From Amoebophrya sp. A120 (lineage: Eukaryota > Protista > Dinoflagellata): a DNA stretch of 64,000 nucleotides. Position numbers and translations under genes: made by a program. Below are positions 61,526 through 64,000 of the stretch, in pieces. Under the pieces are notes generated by a model. That model was not told the DNA's origin. It saw only the letters and a list, made by a program, of their open reading frames with translations, and did no database searches. Location: assembly GCA_905178155.1 (NCBI GenBank), contig CAJINV010000003.1, positions 6,815,612-6,879,611 of the forward strand. Direction: 5' to 3'. The first letter of the stretch is position 1. Each line of letters starts with the position of its first letter.

Positions 61526-63865
61526 GATCAGGAAAAAAACGAAGACACGACTGAGCTTACAAGTTGCTCAACTTGTGTGGGAGCGGCTGGCTTCTCGTCG
61601 TCACCTGAAAACTGCAAGTACGCGATGCCGTGCACCGACGGGACGTGCTGTATGTACTCCATGTTTTTATACATCTGAAGCTGGCGGTGACTTTGCGGCG
61701 CAATCAAAGTAATATGCTCCCTGTGAGAGTGAAGTGAGACCGTGACCGTGTCAAGTCTTAAATCTCAATCTCGCACTCGTTTTATCTGGTAGCGCTAGCG
61801 TGGATACTACATCAATGAACTACATCTACTAGAAGGTACACGACCCCTGAACCAGCACAACACTGCACCCTAAACGCGCACTGTGAGTGTAGTAGTTTCA
61901 TTGTAGTTTCATATGCTCGTTGTATACTTACTTTAACTATATCTGCTTTTTTAGTCTACTTCTATTCTATGTCTGATGACCAACATGCTGAAAATTACAG
62001 GTCGGTGCCTCGCTGGGTACGGAAGCCTTGCAAGAGACAAAGTCTTCACCACATATCGGACGACTACAACAGGGTGGAGTCACCGCCAGACTGCGTACAA
62101 CTATTCCGTTTCGTACTTGTGCGCCCGAGTATCTCCTGCGGGAATCTTAAAGACCCCTCCCATGCCGTCCTTGGTGGGTTTGTGGGAGTCGACTACGTAC
62201 ACGCTGCCGTCGCCGTCCCAAAGCAGACTTTCCGGCTTCACGGCATCTTTGGTGACGGGCAAGCAGGAGTTCGGGTTAAACCAGTCGCAGCGGGGGTATT
62301 TCTGTCCCTTGGGGGAGACAAACACGGTCTCTCCAGACGCGAAGAAAACGTTCTTGGCGGAGAGACACAGTGCGTGTACGCCATTCGTCGTGTTGGCCAC
62401 TTCGAATAATGCGGCACTCTCCCCGGCCAGGGGCTCGGGGAGAATGTGTGCCGTGTCCGCACTGGTGCTGAGCAGCGCGACTTTCACACCTTCTTCAGGT
62501 GCTGATTTCATCTCGTCGGCCGCCGCTGGGCGGGCCAAAAAATCTGTTTCGCGCACGGCCTGCGCATCACCCCACCCGTAGGTCGCCTCCGAAGTCCGGT
62601 GCGAGTCCAGTTTCGGGGCCGGCTTCGGCGCGGCGTGCGCAGGAACAAGGGGTCCCCGCACAACGGTCGGATTGGCGCCATCGCCGCCGGCGGCCGCGTT
62701 GCCCCAGTAAACGTGGTTGGTGTGCTATGAGAGTGCGAACAGAACAACAACAGCTCCCGGTCCGACTTGCATTCGTCCTCATAATTTCACAGTGCGAAGA
62801 ACGTTTACCACGAATATTACGGAAGCATTGGCAGATGCAGTCTCAGTCATCCTTTCTGCAACGTGAAGCAGCTATGTAGCAGTAGTGCCGCTAATATCCT
62901 AATTCTGGCGGGCCGGCTTGAAGAAACAGATTTAGCCTCTGGCTCTGCCAACACAACCACAACCCGGGCCGAAACAAAAAGGCGTTCGAGAGTCGATTTA
63001 GCCGTCTGATGATCGGAAATCATGTTCGAATTCAATTTATTTACCAAAACAATCATTGTTATACAAGTACAACATTAGAGACGCATTTAGATTTATCCGA
63101 CCTGCATAAATAAAAAGAACCGACTCGTCATTGAAGTCTAAAGTCAGTGTTCAGTGTAAAGCAAATCCGTGAAGAGGGCGGAGACAGGGTAGTAAGTTGA
63201 CTAATTGTGCACTCGGATACGTCCACTGCCAGGGGTCCGGGGGCGGCCAGCCGGCTCGCGCCGGCAAACCCGGCGTCGTACAGCAGGGTTGGGTTGAAGA
63301 AGCGCGCACTCTCAAAGGCGGCGCGCGGCTGCAAGAACACCGCTTTCGCCGCCATCGCGTCGGGCGGGGGCAGCAGCAGCTTCCCGTCGAAGTAGAGGTC
63401 TCCCTCTTTGGATACTGCAATGCCGTCGGCCTCGACGGAGTCCACCGCCAGGTTCTGATGCCCATCAGTGATCGTATGGCATTCTCAAAGGTTTTTACGT
63501 GAATTTTGGAAGCAAGAATGGCACAGGGACAGGCACAGAGTGGAAAATCCCGGTCCCGGACAACGACAAGATCGTGCTTCCTGCATGACAAATCTGGCGG
63601 TGGCAGCGCACATTTGCATGTTATTAACCGCGTCGCAAGCTGGTACTAAGTCACGAGAGCCAGCTTGAAGATTATGTTGATTTTGACACTAGAGGCTCTA
63701 CAAGAAAAAATCCAGCCGATGAAATTATACAACGGCGATCAATGTAGCACTTGAGAACGCCATAAATCAACTTCCCTGCCTGGAGCTCCGCTAGGTTGTA
63801 GTACACGATCTTCCCAAGCCCGCTGTCCGCCACAAACAGCCGCATGCGGTCCGGGTCGACGACGA
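61526..63865 (-). CDS. Beta-propeller repeat protein (NHL/YWTD/SMP-30-like), 5' end outside the window
   Basis: Blade-like repeats across exons: VDPDRMRLFVADSGLGKIVYYNL, ADGIAVSKEGDLYF, GPLAVD|HTNHVYWGN, VHALCLSAKNVFFA, PESLLWDGDGSVYVVDS and VHGIAYL. Confidence 0.7.
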
Positions 63866-64000
63866 CTAAATACCACGGAGAAAAAAGCTAGCATAATATC
63901 AACTGAATTATCATACTTGATGTCATGATGGGGGCACCCGGAGCACTCACCTGCGAAACGGAGACAAATTTTCATTTTTAGGGTATGATAGATAAGTTTT

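Noticed and set aside
51230-63025. Hammerhead-like CTGANGA cores (~51234, ~61973, ~63005)
   Set aside because: No convincing stem II plus GAAA plus closing helices could be built by eye.
1-64000. Dinoflagellate spliced-leader relics, tRNA or rRNA genes
   Set aside because: No match to CCGTAGCCATTTTGGCTCAAG or to tRNA/rRNA hallmarks was noticed by eye; a tool-based scan would be needed to exclude them.

Overview
Eukaryotic, gene-dense window in which every recognisable gene is on the minus strand. The genes are a USP deubiquitinase, a GT47/exostosin glycosyltransferase, a Rab GTPase, several hypothetical proteins, aspartyl-tRNA synthetase with a GST-like N-terminus, a U-box protein, a divergent YchF/OLA1-like ATPase, a mitochondrial 2Fe-2S ferredoxin, an enkurin-domain protein, flavocytochrome b2 and a beta-propeller protein. 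Unidirectional gene order plus many non-GT-AG introns with inverted repeats suggests a syndinian dinoflagellate such as Amoebophrya (inference). The dominant hidden structure is a set of about 15 insertions of 115-1510 bp with one grammar: 5-bp target duplication, TA, terminal inverted repeat ... inverted repeat, TA, 5-bp duplication. For 13 of them, removing the element plus one duplication restores an open frame, often through a conserved motif, so they behave as transposon-derived introns (introners), mostly without usable GT-AG ends. Other notable structures are a 4.4-kb mosaic insertion in the GT47 gene (three copies of a host exon segment, template-switch scars, a captured and internally deleted DYRK kinase gene), a retroelement-like insert nested in an introner, a 2-kb three-tier satellite in a Rab intron and an orphan ORF in a cytochrome b2 intron. 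All calls come from manual reading and motif recognition; exon boundaries are approximate unless stated.
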